Positions 42,491 through 52,514 of a stretch of DNA of 64,000 bases are shown here, piece after piece. Position numbers and translations under genes: made by a program. How positions within the stretch are numbered: position 1 is the stretch's first letter; each line of letters starts with the position of its first letter. This DNA comes from an uncultured Actinomycetes bacterium (lineage in GTDB: Bacteria > Actinomycetota > Acidimicrobiia > IMCC26256 > JACDBD01). The notes below the pieces were generated by a model that was not told where the DNA came from, ran no database searches, and saw only the letters and a program-made list of their open reading frames with translations. The stretch spans positions 3,939 to 67,938 of the forward strand of contig CAWAGI010000008.1 of NCBI GenBank assembly GCA_963781615.1. Direction: 5' to 3'.

Positions 42491-42709
42491 ATGCGCAGAA
42501 CGATTTCGAGGCACACCCGCGTGCTCGCGCGTGCGGCCGCCGTGCTCGCCCGTGCCGGCTTCTTCCGAGCGGGCGATGGAAGGAATGCGTCGTTCACGGC
42601 CAACACGTTCGTCTCGGCGAACGAGCTCGCGCCGGACATCCCGGGGGTTCAGAACGTCTGGATCCAGGGCGTGGGCTGTGCGACCGCGACCACACACTTC
42701 AGCTCGTGA
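42491..42709 (+). CDS. Short ORF divergent from the sigma factor, possibly an internally deleted secreted protein
   Basis: AGGAG RBS; signal-like start then PDIPGVQNVWIQGVGCATATTHFSS*. Confidence 0.45.
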   Translation: MRRTISRHTRVLARAAAVLARAGFFRAGDGRNASFTANTFVSANELAPDIPGVQNVWIQGVGCATATTHFSS

Positions 42710-43000
42710 GGAGAGCGACGATGCTTCCCGCGCACGAACAGCACGGAGGGGTTGCCCGTGGTTCGCTCGCATTGGCGACCGCCGCCTTCGTCACGACGAT
42801 GCGGGCGTGGATCGGGCTGCTCAACGTCAGTGAGCGGGTGAACGTCGTGAGGCGCCGCAAGGCCTGTGTGCTGGTGAGGGCGGGCAGCCCGCCTCATCGG
42901 ACGTGCGAAGGCCTCACCGTCACGGTGACAGACCTCGAGCCTCGAGAGGGGTAGCGGCGCACAAGACCGCCCCGCAACGGCGCGGCGCGGGACACACGAA

Positions 43001-43033
43001 GGCGGGAGGTCCGGCAAGGCCGGGCCTCCTGTC
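43001..43033 (-). terminator. Hairpin downstream of phoD
   Basis: GGCGGGAGGTCCGGC-AAG-GCCGGGCCTCCTGTC. Confidence 0.7.
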
Positions 43034-43040
43034 GTCGTGC

Positions 43041-44633
43041 TCAGGCCTGCTGCGCGCCCGGCTTCCCCTCCTCGACCACCCAGGACGTGCCCGCCATCGG
43101 CTCCGCCTGCGGCTGCTGGACGGTGCTGACGTAGCGGAACTCGGCGCGCAGCTGCGGGCGCGTCGCCTCGACGTGCAGGTAGCCCTTGTTCGTGGTGTCG
43201 AACAGGTGGATCCACGGGTTGCGCAGCGCGCCGTCGATGTACTGCTGGGCGAGGCTCTCGGGTGACGTCGCCGGCGGCGCGACGAGCTCCGTGCCGACGA
43301 CGGGGGAGCCGTCCTTCTGGTAGTCGGGGCGCAGGTCGTCCACCGAGCTCGTGTGCGTGTCGCCGCCGAGCGTCACGAAGTTCTTCACCTTCGCCTTCTC
43401 GACGTGGCCGAGGAGCCGGTTGCGCGCCGCCACGTAGCCGTCCCAGGTGTCGGTGCTGTAGCCCGACGACGACCCGTCCTCGGGCGTGTGGTCGACTGCC
43501 GCCATCTGCGTCTGTTGCGCGAGCACGTTCCAGTGCGCGCCGGACCCGTCGAGCGTGCGTTGCAGCCACCGCTCCTGTTCCTTGCCCAGGATCGTGGCGC
43601 CGGAGTCGAGCGCGGCCGGGAGGAGGGGATAGCCACCCGGCGGGGAGCCCGGGCCCTGACCCTCGGTGGCGAGGGGCGTGCGGTACTGGCGGTCGTCGAC
43701 GACCGGCAGCGTGACGAGGTCGCCGAAGCGGAACGACCGGTAGATCCGCATCGAGCCGTCGTTGCCCGGTGGCTTCGCCCGTACCGGCACGTTCTCCCAC
43801 CACGCGCGGTACGCAGCGGCGCGCTTGGCGGGGAAGTTCGCCGCCTCGTCGGGCGCGCGCGCCTTGCCGAGCTCGCCGGGGTGGAGGCCGGCGTAGTTGT
43901 CCTCGACCTCGTGGTCGTCCCACGTCATGATCCACGGCGCGGCGGCGTGCGCGGCCTGGAGCTGCGAGTCGGCATGGGCGGCGGCGTAGTGGCGCCGGAA
44001 GTCGTCGAGCGATACGGCCGGGGGCAGGCCGTGCTGGCGCACGCCGCCGAGCGGCAGCTCGTAGATGTAGTCGCCGAGGAACACGACGAAGGCGAGGTCG
44101 TCCCGGCTCATCTGCTCGTACGCCGTGTAGTAGCCGGCCTGGTACGACTGGCAGCTCGTGACGCCGAACGCGGCCCGGTCCAGCCGGCGGCCGGGATCGG
44201 GCGCGGTGCGGGTCCGCCCGGTCGCGCTCACGTAGTCACCGACGCGGAACCGGTAGAAGTAGTCGTGCCCGGCGTCGAGACCGCGCGCGTCGACGTGCAC
44301 CGAGTGCCCGAGGTCCGGACCGGTGGTCCGCTTCCCGGAGCGGACGACCTTTCGGAACCGCTCGTCGGACGCGATCTCCCATCGGACGGGCACCTGCACC
44401 GCCGGCATCGGCTCCGGCGACATCGGGTCCACCGCCAACCGCGTCCACAACACGACCGAGTCGGGCAGCGGGTCTCCAGAGGCGACACCGAGCTGGAAGG
44501 GATCGGCGGGCAACGCCGGCGCCCCGCCCGCGCGACGACCGAGCGCGCCGGCCAGTCGGCCGCTGCTCGCGACCGCGACCCCCATGCCCGCCAGCCCACC
44601 CAGGAAGGTGCGGCGGTCGATCCCCCTGCTCAC
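43041..44633 (-). CDS. phoD: Alkaline phosphatase D, Tat-exported
   Basis: DRRTFL Tat motif, FQLGVASGDP, LGDYIYE, WDDHEV, DRQYR, DTWDGY, GDTH. Confidence 0.95.
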   Translation of the reverse strand: MSRGIDRRTFLGGLAGMGVAVASSGRLAGALGRRAGGAPALPADPFQLGVASGDPLPDSVVLWTRLAVDPMSPEPMPAVQVPVRWEIASDERFRKVVRSGKRTTGPDLGHSVHVDARGLDAGHDYFYRFRVGDYVSATGRTRTAPDPGRRLDRAAFGVTSCQSYQAGYYTAYEQMSRDDLAFVVFLGDYIYELPLGGVRQHGLPPAVSLDDFRRHYAAAHADSQLQAAHAAAPWIMTWDDHEVEDNYAGLHPGELGKARAPDEAANFPAKRAAAYRAWWENVPVRAKPPGNDGSMRIYRSFRFGDLVTLPVVDDRQYRTPLATEGQGPGSPPGGYPLLPAALDSGATILGKEQERWLQRTLDGSGAHWNVLAQQTQMAAVDHTPEDGSSSGYSTDTWDGYVAARNRLLGHVEKAKVKNFVTLGGDTHTSSVDDLRPDYQKDGSPVVGTELVAPPATSPESLAQQYIDGALRNPWIHLFDTTNKGYLHVEATRPQLRAEFRYVSTVQQPQAEPMAGTSWVVEEGKPGAQQA

Positions 44634-44865
44634 GATGTCTTCCCCCGCCCGGGACTGTAGGAGGTGGCCGGCGCGGCTGCTCCGCCGGGTTGTCCGATTC
44701 GCCCGGATCGTGAAAGGATCTCCCGGTCTGTACAGGGCCAGGGCGGGCGCACGACGGAGCGGAGGCCGTTCGCATTGAGCCCGGAGCAGGTCCCAACACA
44801 GCCCGTCCCCGTTGCGGTGGCTCCCGCGCGGGTTGCCTCCGCACCCGGCGCCGAGGATGACGCCC

Positions 44866-46854
44866 ATGGCTGAGGGACATCGCTACTCCTTCGAGGATGC
44901 GATGGCCCGGCGCGCCCGCGAGCTCGAGGACGCGCTGGAGCAGCAGCGCCAGGTGATCCGGAGCGAGGGTCTGGCCCAGACCGCCGAGGTCCAGCGGGTC
45001 GCCGCCGAGCAGCTCACCGCCATCGAGCATGCGGCATCCGATCGGGCCGCCGAGATCCACTGGGTGGCCGCCGAGCATCGCCAGGAGCTCGACGCCGTGG
45101 GCAAGGCGCAAACGGAAGAGCTCGAGCTGCTCGTGACGGATCAGCGCGCCGCGCTGGACTCGGCCGTGAAGGCCAAGGCCAACGAGATCCGCAACGCCGG
45201 CTCCGGCCGGGCCCAGGCGATCGAGAAGGGACTGCACGACGCCCGCGAGAAGCTCGAGCAGACCGTAGCGACCGAAGCGCGTCGCATCGACGAGCGGGTC
45301 GCGGTGTCGCAGGACGAGATGCGGAAGGCGGCCGACAAGGAATCCGTCGCCTTCGAGGAGTCGATGCGGGCGAGGCTCGTCGCGCTCGAGGACGCGCTGC
45401 GCGCCCAGGCGGCGCAGACGCGCGAGGACCTGCGGCGCGCCGCCGACGAAGAGACGGCCGCGTTCGACGAGGCCGCCGGACGCCGGGTCGTCGAGCTGCA
45501 GAACGCCGTCCGTGCGCATTCGGAGCTGGTCGACGAGCTCACGCACTTGCACGCCACGACGACCGGGCAGATCGACGAGATGCGATCACTCGTGGTCGAA
45601 CTGCGGGACGCGCAGGAACGCCAACCGGATCTCGACGCCGCCATGGAACGCCAGGTCCGCACGCTCGTGCAGGACCTCGCGCCGGGCCTCGCGGCGGGCG
45701 TCGCACCGGCTGCGGACGGGCCCGTGGCGGCTTCGACGCCCGACCTGCGCGGGCTCGACCATCAGGGCCGCCCCGTCGGGATCGAGACCCTCGCCGACGA
45801 CCGGTTCGCCGACCTGAGTGGGCACGTCGAGCGATCCGAAGCCGCGCAGCGGGCTCTGGAACAACGCCTCGCCGACCTCGAGGACGAGGTGGCGGTGTCG
45901 GCCGAGACGATGGACGACCGCCTCGCGCGCGCCGATCAACCGCACGGCCCGAATGTCGCCGAGCTGGAGGCGTCCCTCGCCGCCGCCGCCGACGGGTTCG
46001 AGGCAAGGCTGCGCGCCGCGGCCGACCAGCACACGCGCGAGCTCGAAGTCGCCGGCGTCGTCACGAAGAACCAGTTGTTGGACGCGTTGTCGGAGGCCGA
46101 GGCCGGGCTCGCACAGGCGGCGGAGGGCCGCGCCACCGAACTCGGCGAGATGATTGCAGCTGCGCGCACGACGATCGAGCGCGCGGCCAACAGCCGCGTC
46201 GAGAGCCTCGAGACCGCTGCCGTCGAGATCCGCGACGGGATCGAAGACCTCCAGCGCGACATCGCCGACGCGCTCACGCAGACCGGTGAGGCGCAAACTG
46301 CCGCGCTCGACAAGGCCGCCAACGACTGGCTCAAGCGCATGGACACGAACGGCGGCGGCGTGCATCGGAACGGCGGAAGGCTGCGGCGCCGGGTGGCGCC
46401 GGGTGCGACCGCCGTCGTGCTGGCGATCGCAGCTGCGCTCGGCGGCACCTTGTTCGTCCGCGGGGGCGGGTCCGATCGCTCCGGCGTTGCGAGCGCGAAC
46501 CCGCCCGCCCAGCGCGCCGCGCCCGCCAAGAACGCGTCCGCGGGCGACGAGGCGCCGGTGGGTCAGGTCGCCGACGAGCTCTCGAAGCTGAGCTGGCCGT
46601 CGACGACGACGACGGCGGCCCCGCTCGCCTGGCGGGCGCCGGCGACCGGGCCCTCATCGGCGACGAACGGCGCGGCGGCGCCGACGACAGGGTCGCCCGG
46701 TGGCGGGGCGCCGACCGGCGGTGGCGGTGGTCAGGCCCCTCCGGCCACCTCGCCCCCGACGCAACCGCCGCAGACATCTCCGCCGCCGCCGCCCCCGCCG
46801 CCGACGCTGCTCCCGCCCATCACGCTTCCGTTGTTCGGAACGCCGCTGCTCTGA
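44866..46854 (+). CDS. Long coiled-coil protein with C-terminal TM and Pro-rich tail
   Basis: About 500 aa Ala/Glu/Arg-rich heptads, TM AVVLAIAAALGGTLFV, PPPPPPPP tail. Confidence 0.75.
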   Translation: MAEGHRYSFEDAMARRARELEDALEQQRQVIRSEGLAQTAEVQRVAAEQLTAIEHAASDRAAEIHWVAAEHRQELDAVGKAQTEELELLVTDQRAALDSAVKAKANEIRNAGSGRAQAIEKGLHDAREKLEQTVATEARRIDERVAVSQDEMRKAADKESVAFEESMRARLVALEDALRAQAAQTREDLRRAADEETAAFDEAAGRRVVELQNAVRAHSELVDELTHLHATTTGQIDEMRSLVVELRDAQERQPDLDAAMERQVRTLVQDLAPGLAAGVAPAADGPVAASTPDLRGLDHQGRPVGIETLADDRFADLSGHVERSEAAQRALEQRLADLEDEVAVSAETMDDRLARADQPHGPNVAELEASLAAAADGFEARLRAAADQHTRELEVAGVVTKNQLLDALSEAEAGLAQAAEGRATELGEMIAAARTTIERAANSRVESLETAAVEIRDGIEDLQRDIADALTQTGEAQTAALDKAANDWLKRMDTNGGGVHRNGGRLRRRVAPGATAVVLAIAAALGGTLFVRGGGSDRSGVASANPPAQRAAPAKNASAGDEAPVGQVADELSKLSWPSTTTTAAPLAWRAPATGPSSATNGAAAPTTGSPGGGAPTGGGGGQAPPATSPPTQPPQTSPPPPPPPPTLLPPITLPLFGTPLL

Positions 46855-46872
46855 TCGAGGGAGCGGAGACGC

Positions 46873-47313
46873 TCAGCGGCTCCGCTTGGACGGCGACTTC
46901 TTCGCCGTCGACTTCTTCTTGCTCGTGGCCTTCTTCTTGGCGGTCGTCTTCTTCTTCGTCGCGCCCGTCTTCCGGGCACCGGTCTTCTTCGCCCCGGTCT
47001 TCTTCGTGGCGGCCTTCTTCTTCGTCGGCTTCTTCGCCGCGCTCTTCGTGCCGGCGCCCTTCTTGGCTGCCGGCGACCGCTTCCTCTTCTCCAGGGCGGC
47101 CTTCCCGGTGGCCCGGGCCTTGGCCGTCTGCTTCTTGGTGCGCTTCTTCGCCTTGCGGATGGCCTTCGTCACCTTCCGCTGCGCCTGGCCGATCGCCTCA
47201 CCGACCCGCTCCGCCGCCCGCTCGACCGCCGTCTCCGGCCTGTCCTTCTCTTCCTTCTCGTCCGTCTCAGCCACGGAAGCCACCTCCATCGCGTGCTGCT
47301 CGGTCAGGGCCAT
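46873..47313 (-). CDS. Lysine-rich histone-like protein
   Basis: Acidic N-terminus, then repeated KKTGA/KKxTxKK motifs. Confidence 0.65.
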   Translation of the reverse strand: MALTEQHAMEVASVAETDEKEEKDRPETAVERAAERVGEAIGQAQRKVTKAIRKAKKRTKKQTAKARATGKAALEKRKRSPAAKKGAGTKSAAKKPTKKKAATKKTGAKKTGARKTGATKKKTTAKKKATSKKKSTAKKSPSKRSR

Positions 47314-47348
47314 TTACCCACATCCGCCGGCCCTCAGGCAGGCCGGCG

Positions 47349-48540
47349 CTACCAGGCGGCGGCGTAGTTCTCGTCGGGCCAGCTGACGACGCCGTCGTCC
47401 TTCAGCTCCGCCATGCGCGCCTCGTCGACGCCGAGCCAGGAGAGGATCTCCTTGGTGTCCTCGCCGATGCGCGGCGGTGGGCGGTGGGGCCTGAACGGCG
47501 TGTCGGAGAAGTCGATCGTGCTCCCGAACTGGCGCATGGCGCCGAGGATCGGGATGCTCGTAGTCGACGACGAGGCCGAGGCGCTCGTTGTCGGCGTCGA
47601 AGAGCGCGAGGTCGCCGCCCTTGGGGTCGACGGCGATCTCGTTGGGGACGCCGGCGTCGTCGAGGTGGTAGCTCCAGCTCACTGCGGTACGGGTGCGGAA
47701 CCGCATCTCGAGCTGCACGCCGGCGGTCGACCGGTCGAGCGACGGGTCGACACCGAGTGTCGTGCACAACGCGTCCCATTGGCCGGGCTTGAGCGCCGCG
47801 ACCTGGAGCCATCCGTCCTGGGTCTCGTACAGCCGGTAGGCGGGGTCGACGCCGGTCGTCTGCTGGTCGAGGTGCGGCCGCGGGACGGGCGTGCCGTCGG
47901 GCTTCACCATCGCGTCCGACGCGAACACCGCCCCGCCGTCCAGCAGCGACGTCCAGAGCTCCTGGCCCTCGCCGGTGCGCGCCCGGTGGAGGAGCGCGGC
48001 GAGCACGCCGACCACGCTGAGCATGGCGTTGGCGGCGTCGCACATCCCGAACCGGTAGTAGAGCGGGTCGTTGCCGAGCTGGGTCGCGCCCGCCTCGTAC
48101 TCGAGGCCCGTCGCCGCCTGGTACAGCGGGTCGAGTCCGCCGAAGTGCGACAGCGGGCCTTCGAACCCGTACGCGTACGTGTTGCAGTACACGATGTCCG
48201 GCTTCACGGCCCTGCACGCCTCGTAGTCGATGCCGAGCTTCGTCGCCGTGCCCTTCGTCATGTTGTGGTGCACGGCGTCGGCTCGGCGCACGAGCTCCAT
48301 CGCCAGCTCGTGTCCCGCGGGCGTCTTGATGTTGAGCGCGATGTCGCGCTTGCCGCGCTGGCAGCCGAAGAACGGCTTGCCCGCCATGCGCATGCCGTCG
48401 CCGGTGGCGGGCTCGACCTTGACGACGTCCATGCCGAGGTCGCCGAGGATCATCGGCCCGAACGGGCCCGCGAGGTACTGGCCGAAGTCGATGAGCCGCA
48501 GCCCCTCGAGCGGCCCGCCGCCGTTCGTCCCGCCGGTCAC
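47349..48540 (-). CDS. Family III CoA-transferase (CaiB/BaiF), catalytic-type subunit; frameshift near 47550
   Basis: PLEGLRLIDFGQYLAGP, VVKVEP, RGKRDIALNIK, FGMCDAANA (catalytic Asp), PPRIGEDT. Confidence 0.9.
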
Positions 48541-49703
48541 GTCACGCGCCTCCCTCCCGTCACCCCCGCCGGGTCGGCAACGCCGACCTCGCCCCACACT
48601 TCGTCGTTGTGCTCGCCGACTCGCGGTTGGGGGCCGCGGATCTCGCCGGGGGTGCCGAACAGATTGATCGGGACGCCGACCTGGAGCAGTGGGCCGAGGT
48701 CGGGGTCGTCGACCGTGACCACCATGCCGTTGGCGTCGAGCTGCGGATGGGGCGCGGTCAACGCCTCCTCCATCGTGATGACCGCCTCGACGGCGATGTT
48801 GTTGGCCAGGAACTCGTCGACGAGCTCGGCGCGCTTCCACTCCTTGAACGTGTCGCGGCGCCGCTCGTTCATCAGTACCTGCTGCTGCAGCGGGAGGAGC
48901 CCCTCGAGGTCCTCGGCCGGTGGCGGCACGACCCCGAGGATCTCGTCCATGCTCTTCTTCGGCGGCAGGCCGCTCATCACGCTCACGTGCACGAACTCTC
49001 GGTCGGCGCACTCGAAGATCATCCCCTGGTGCACGCCGGGCGGGTAGCTCTTGCCCATCAGCTCGTGGAAGGCGGCGTTCGCCTTCTCGACGTGCTGCCA
49101 GATCTGGGTCGTGTAGAGGAACGCGCCCTGCAGCAGGCTCGTCGAGACCTGCTGGCCCCGGCCCGTGCGCTCGCGGGCGATCAGCGCGGCGAGGATCCCC
49201 GACGGCACGAGGAAGATCGCGCCCATGCTCGGCATCGGCATGTGCAGGAAGATCGGTCCCGGCCGCCATCCCGGCTGCTCCCACTGCTGACCCGACGACG
49301 CCTGCACCAGCGCGTCGTACCCCGGGCGCTGCGCGAGGCGGTGCCCGGGCGGGTACGCCGGCACCGAGCAGTACACGAGGCGGGGGAGCTCGGCGTGCAG
49401 CGCGTCGTACCCGACGCCGAGGCGGTCCATCACGCCGGGCCGGAAGCTCTCGACGAGCACGTCGGCAGTGGCCGCGAGCTTGCGGAAGGCGGCGACGCCG
49501 GCCTCGGACTTGAGGTCGCACGTGACCGACCGGCGCGAGCGCGTCCACACCTTGTAGCCGTCGTAGACGCGGAACGGGTCGCCGCCGGGCGGCTCGACCT
49601 TGATGACGTCGGCGCCCTGCTCGGCCAGCAGCAGCACCCCGAGCGGGCCCGCGATGCCCCATGAGAGGTCGAGGATGCGGATGCCGTCGAGCGCGCCGGC
49701 CAT
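48537..49703 (-). CDS. Family III CoA-transferase (CaiB/BaiF) subunit
   Basis: ALDGIRILDLSWGIAGP, VIKVEPPGGDP, ESFRPGVMDRLG, GYDALVQASSG. Confidence 0.9.
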   Translation of the reverse strand: MAGALDGIRILDLSWGIAGPLGVLLLAEQGADVIKVEPPGGDPFRVYDGYKVWTRSRRSVTCDLKSEAGVAAFRKLAATADVLVESFRPGVMDRLGVGYDALHAELPRLVYCSVPAYPPGHRLAQRPGYDALVQASSGQQWEQPGWRPGPIFLHMPMPSMGAIFLVPSGILAALIARERTGRGQQVSTSLLQGAFLYTTQIWQHVEKANAAFHELMGKSYPPGVHQGMIFECADREFVHVSVMSGLPPKKSMDEILGVVPPPAEDLEGLLPLQQQVLMNERRRDTFKEWKRAELVDEFLANNIAVEAVITMEEALTAPHPQLDANGMVVTVDDPDLGPLLQVGVPINLFGTPGEIRGPQPRVGEHNDEVWGEVGVADPAGVTGGRRVT

Positions 49704-49799
49704 GGGTTGCTCAGCCTCGCGCACACCTGACGGGTGTGTCAGACGGCGGCGGGTAAGACTGCGTTGTCCCTGTCAGGCTGACCGAACCCAGGAGGGCGC

Positions 49800-50807
49800 A
49801 TGCGGCGAGCGGCGATCGCCGTCGCCGTCGCGCTCCTGGGGCTCGGCACGACGGCGGCGTCGGCTTCGGCTCGTGCGGCGGCGCCGCGGCAGGCTGCCGA
49901 CGTCGACGTGCGGCGCGACCTCACGTACAAGGAGGTCGACGGCACGAAGCTCGAGCTCGACGCCTACATCCCCGCCGGCGGCGGCGTGCGTCCCGGCGTG
50001 ATGGTGATCTACGGCGGCGGATGGGTGCTCGGGAGCAAGGAGCTTGCGGGGCCGTTCGCGCGCGTGCTCGCCCAGAAGGGCTTCGTCGCGTTCGCGATGA
50101 ACTACCGGCTCGCGCCGTTCCACCCGTTCCCCGCCGCGGTCGAGGACGTGCAGGCGAGCGTCGCCTGGGTGCGGGACCACGCCCTCGACTTCGGTCTGGA
50201 TCCGGCGCGGATCGGCGCGATCGGCGGCTCCGCCGGCGGGAACCTGGCCGCCATGCTCGCCACCCTCGGGGAGGGCCCACACGACCAGGGCTCGCGTGTC
50301 GCGGCCGCCGCGTCGTGGGCGGGCCCGATGGACCTCCATCGCGACGAGGTCGGGGACGCCGGGTGGATCTACGTCCAGGCGTACCTGAACTGCATCGTGG
50401 GTCCGTGCGACGAGTCGGCCATCGCCGCCGCCTCGCCCATGTCGCACGTCGACCCGAGCGACGCGCCGATCCTGCTCGCTCAAGGCGAGGAGGATCAGCT
50501 CGTGCTGCCGCAACAGGCGGTGCACATGGCGGACGCACTCCAGAACGCGGGGGTCGGGCACCAGCTGCTCCTCCTCCCGAACGCCGGGCACGACGTCCGC
50601 ATCGTCGGGCGGGTGGAGCAGCCGTCGTTCGACTTCCTGCGGCGCGAGCTCGGCGGCACGGAGCCGGGGCCGCCGAGTGCGATCGGCGTCGGCGACGACG
50701 GCAGCGATCTGCTCGCACCGGCGATCGCGGTCCTCGTCGGCGCCTTCGTGGCCGCGACGGTGATCATCGTGTTCCGGCGTCGTCGCCGGCGGCGCATGGG
50801 GTATTGA
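49800..50807 (+). CDS. Secreted alpha/beta hydrolase (esterase) with C-terminal TM anchor
   Basis: YGGGW, NYRLAP, GGSAGG nucleophile, Asp/His, TM plus RRRRRRR tail. Confidence 0.9.
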   Translation: MRRAAIAVAVALLGLGTTAASASARAAAPRQAADVDVRRDLTYKEVDGTKLELDAYIPAGGGVRPGVMVIYGGGWVLGSKELAGPFARVLAQKGFVAFAMNYRLAPFHPFPAAVEDVQASVAWVRDHALDFGLDPARIGAIGGSAGGNLAAMLATLGEGPHDQGSRVAAAASWAGPMDLHRDEVGDAGWIYVQAYLNCIVGPCDESAIAAASPMSHVDPSDAPILLAQGEEDQLVLPQQAVHMADALQNAGVGHQLLLLPNAGHDVRIVGRVEQPSFDFLRRELGGTEPGPPSAIGVGDDGSDLLAPAIAVLVGAFVAATVIIVFRRRRRRRMGY

Positions 50808-50839
50808 CCATCCGTTCGGCCTTGAAAAAGAGGAGATTC

Positions 50840-51184
50840 ATGGCGATCACCGGTACGCACATGCTGCTGTACACGTCCGAGCCGGAGAAGCTGCGCGCGG
50901 TGCTGCGCGACGTCTTCGGCTGGAAGCACGTCGATGCCGGCGGCGGGTGGCTGATCTTCGCGTCGCCGCCGGCGGAGGTCGGCGTGCACCCGGGCGAGGC
51001 GCCCTCGCACCACATGAGCCTGATGTGCGACGACATCGAGGCGACCGTCGCCGAACTGCGCGCCAAGGGCATCGAGTTCCGCGGCGAGCCCGAGAACCAG
51101 GGCTTCGGCATCGTGACGATGATGCTGTTGCCCGGTGGTGTCGAGATGCAGCTCTACCAGCCGCGCCATCAGACCGCGATCTGA
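50840..51184 (+). CDS. VOC family protein
   Basis: AGGAG RBS; HVDAGGGWLIF, LMCDDIEATV, LYQPRH. Confidence 0.9.
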   Translation: MAITGTHMLLYTSEPEKLRAVLRDVFGWKHVDAGGGWLIFASPPAEVGVHPGEAPSHHMSLMCDDIEATVAELRAKGIEFRGEPENQGFGIVTMMLLPGGVEMQLYQPRHQTAI

Positions 51185-51203
51185 CGCCGGCGACCGCCGC
51201 GGC

Positions 51204-51443
51204 TCAGCGGAGGGTCCAGCCGGCGTCCTTGAGCTCCTTGCACGTCGGGCAGATCGGGTACCGGGACGGGTCGCGGGTCGGGACCCACTTCTTCCCGCAC
51301 AGCGCCACGATCGCCTCACCGGTCACGTACGCCCGGGCGATGGCGTCCTTCTTGGCGTAGTGGGCGAACCGGTCGTGGTCGCCCTCGTCGGTGCGCTCCC
51401 GCTCGGGCGCCTGCGCCGGCGTGAGCGTCTCCGTCTGGGTCAC
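51204..51443 (-). CDS. DUF3039 domain protein
   Basis: GDHDRFAHYAKK, ALCGKKWVPTRDP, PICPTCKE. Confidence 0.9.
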   Translation of the reverse strand: MTQTETLTPAQAPERERTDEGDHDRFAHYAKKDAIARAYVTGEAIVALCGKKWVPTRDPSRYPICPTCKELKDAGWTLR

Positions 51444-51510
51444 GCCGAGCAGGGTAGCGACCGCCTCACGACCCGCTGACACTCGGCTGAGCGGGGCATC
51501 ATCCGGGACG

Positions 51511-51560
51511 ACGATGCTTACGGCCATGATGCTGACGGCCATGATGCTGACGCCATGACG
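51511..51560 (+). repeat. 15-bp tandem repeat x3
   Basis: ACGATGCTTACGGCC-ATGATGCTGACGGCC-ATGATGCTGACGCC, ending at the esterase start codon. Confidence 0.85.
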
Positions 51561-52418
51561 AGACGACGCTGGATGCGCGGCGCCGCCGGGATCGCGGCCG
51601 CCGCCACGATGATCACGGTCGCGTTCGCGCCGGCCGCGGGCGCGGCGCAGGGCGACGTGACGGTCAAGAAGGATGTCACGTACCGCACGATCGACGGCGA
51701 GCAGCTCGGGCTCGACGTCTACCAGCCGGCGAAGAAGGGCAAGGACCGGCCGGCCGTGGTCATCGTCCACGGGGGCGCGTGGAGCGTCGGCGACAAGTCG
51801 TGGTTCGCGCAGCAGGCGAACCAGCTCGCCCAGAGCGGGTTTGTCGCGTTCTCGGTGAACTACCGGCTCGCGCCCGCGCATCCGTACCCGGCCGCAGTCG
51901 AGGACGTGGAAGCGGCGGTGGCATGGGTGCGCAAGCACGCCAAGGACTACGGCGTCGACCCGAAGCGCATCGGGGCCCTCGGTGGGTCCGCCGGCGGGCA
52001 CCTCGTCGGCATGCTCGCCACCGACGGCGAGGGGTCGCTCAAGACCGGCCACCGCGTCGCCGCGGTGGTGTCGTGGTCCGGCCCGATGGACTTCGTCAGC
52101 CTTGCGCCCGCCGCCGGCACGAACGCCGGCAGCTCGATCCGCACCTTCCTCGGGTGCCTCCCCGACGCGTGCGCGGACACCTATGCCGCGGCGTCGCCCG
52201 TCACGCACGTCGACAAGACCGACTCGCCGATGCTGATCGTGAACTCGACGAACGAGCTGGTGCCGAAGTCCCAGGCCGACGCGATGAAGGCCGCCCTCGA
52301 CAAGTCGGGTGTGGCCAACCAGGAGATCATCCTCCCCGGCACCGCGCACTCCCGGGCGTACTCGGACCAGGTCTGGGACCAGACGGTGAAGTTCCTGGAG
52401 AACTACCTGAAGAAGTAG
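51555..52418 (+). CDS. Secreted alpha/beta hydrolase (esterase), paralog of 49800..50807
   Basis: HGGAW, NYRLAP, GGSAGG, SWSGPMD, ASPVTHVD. Confidence 0.92.
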   Translation: MTRRRWMRGAAGIAAAATMITVAFAPAAGAAQGDVTVKKDVTYRTIDGEQLGLDVYQPAKKGKDRPAVVIVHGGAWSVGDKSWFAQQANQLAQSGFVAFSVNYRLAPAHPYPAAVEDVEAAVAWVRKHAKDYGVDPKRIGALGGSAGGHLVGMLATDGEGSLKTGHRVAAVVSWSGPMDFVSLAPAAGTNAGSSIRTFLGCLPDACADTYAAASPVTHVDKTDSPMLIVNSTNELVPKSQADAMKAALDKSGVANQEIILPGTAHSRAYSDQVWDQTVKFLENYLKK

Positions 52419-52473
52419 GAGCAGTCGGAGAAGTAGGAGTAGTCGGAGAAGGAAGTAGGAGTAGTCGGAGAAG
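52411..52473 (+). repeat. 18-bp purine-rich tandem repeat x3 including the esterase stop codon
   Basis: AGAAGTAGGAG(C/T)AGTCGG units; the third has a 4-nt insertion. Confidence 0.85.
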
Positions 52474-52514
52474 AAGAGAAACAGTGTCCCGGCCGCCCCG
52501 AGCGCGCCGCTACC

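Noticed and set aside
46700-47386. Phe-rich hydrophobic 'membrane protein'
   Set aside because: Antisense of the AAG-rich histone-like gene.
47314-49662. Single 782-aa double CoA-transferase
   Set aside because: Its N-terminal half is out of frame with the first transferase; the stop/start GTGA overlap at 48537-48540 indicates two genes.
51511-52473. CRISPR-like repeats
   Set aside because: Units are 15-18 bp, directly tandem with no spacers, and no cas genes are present.
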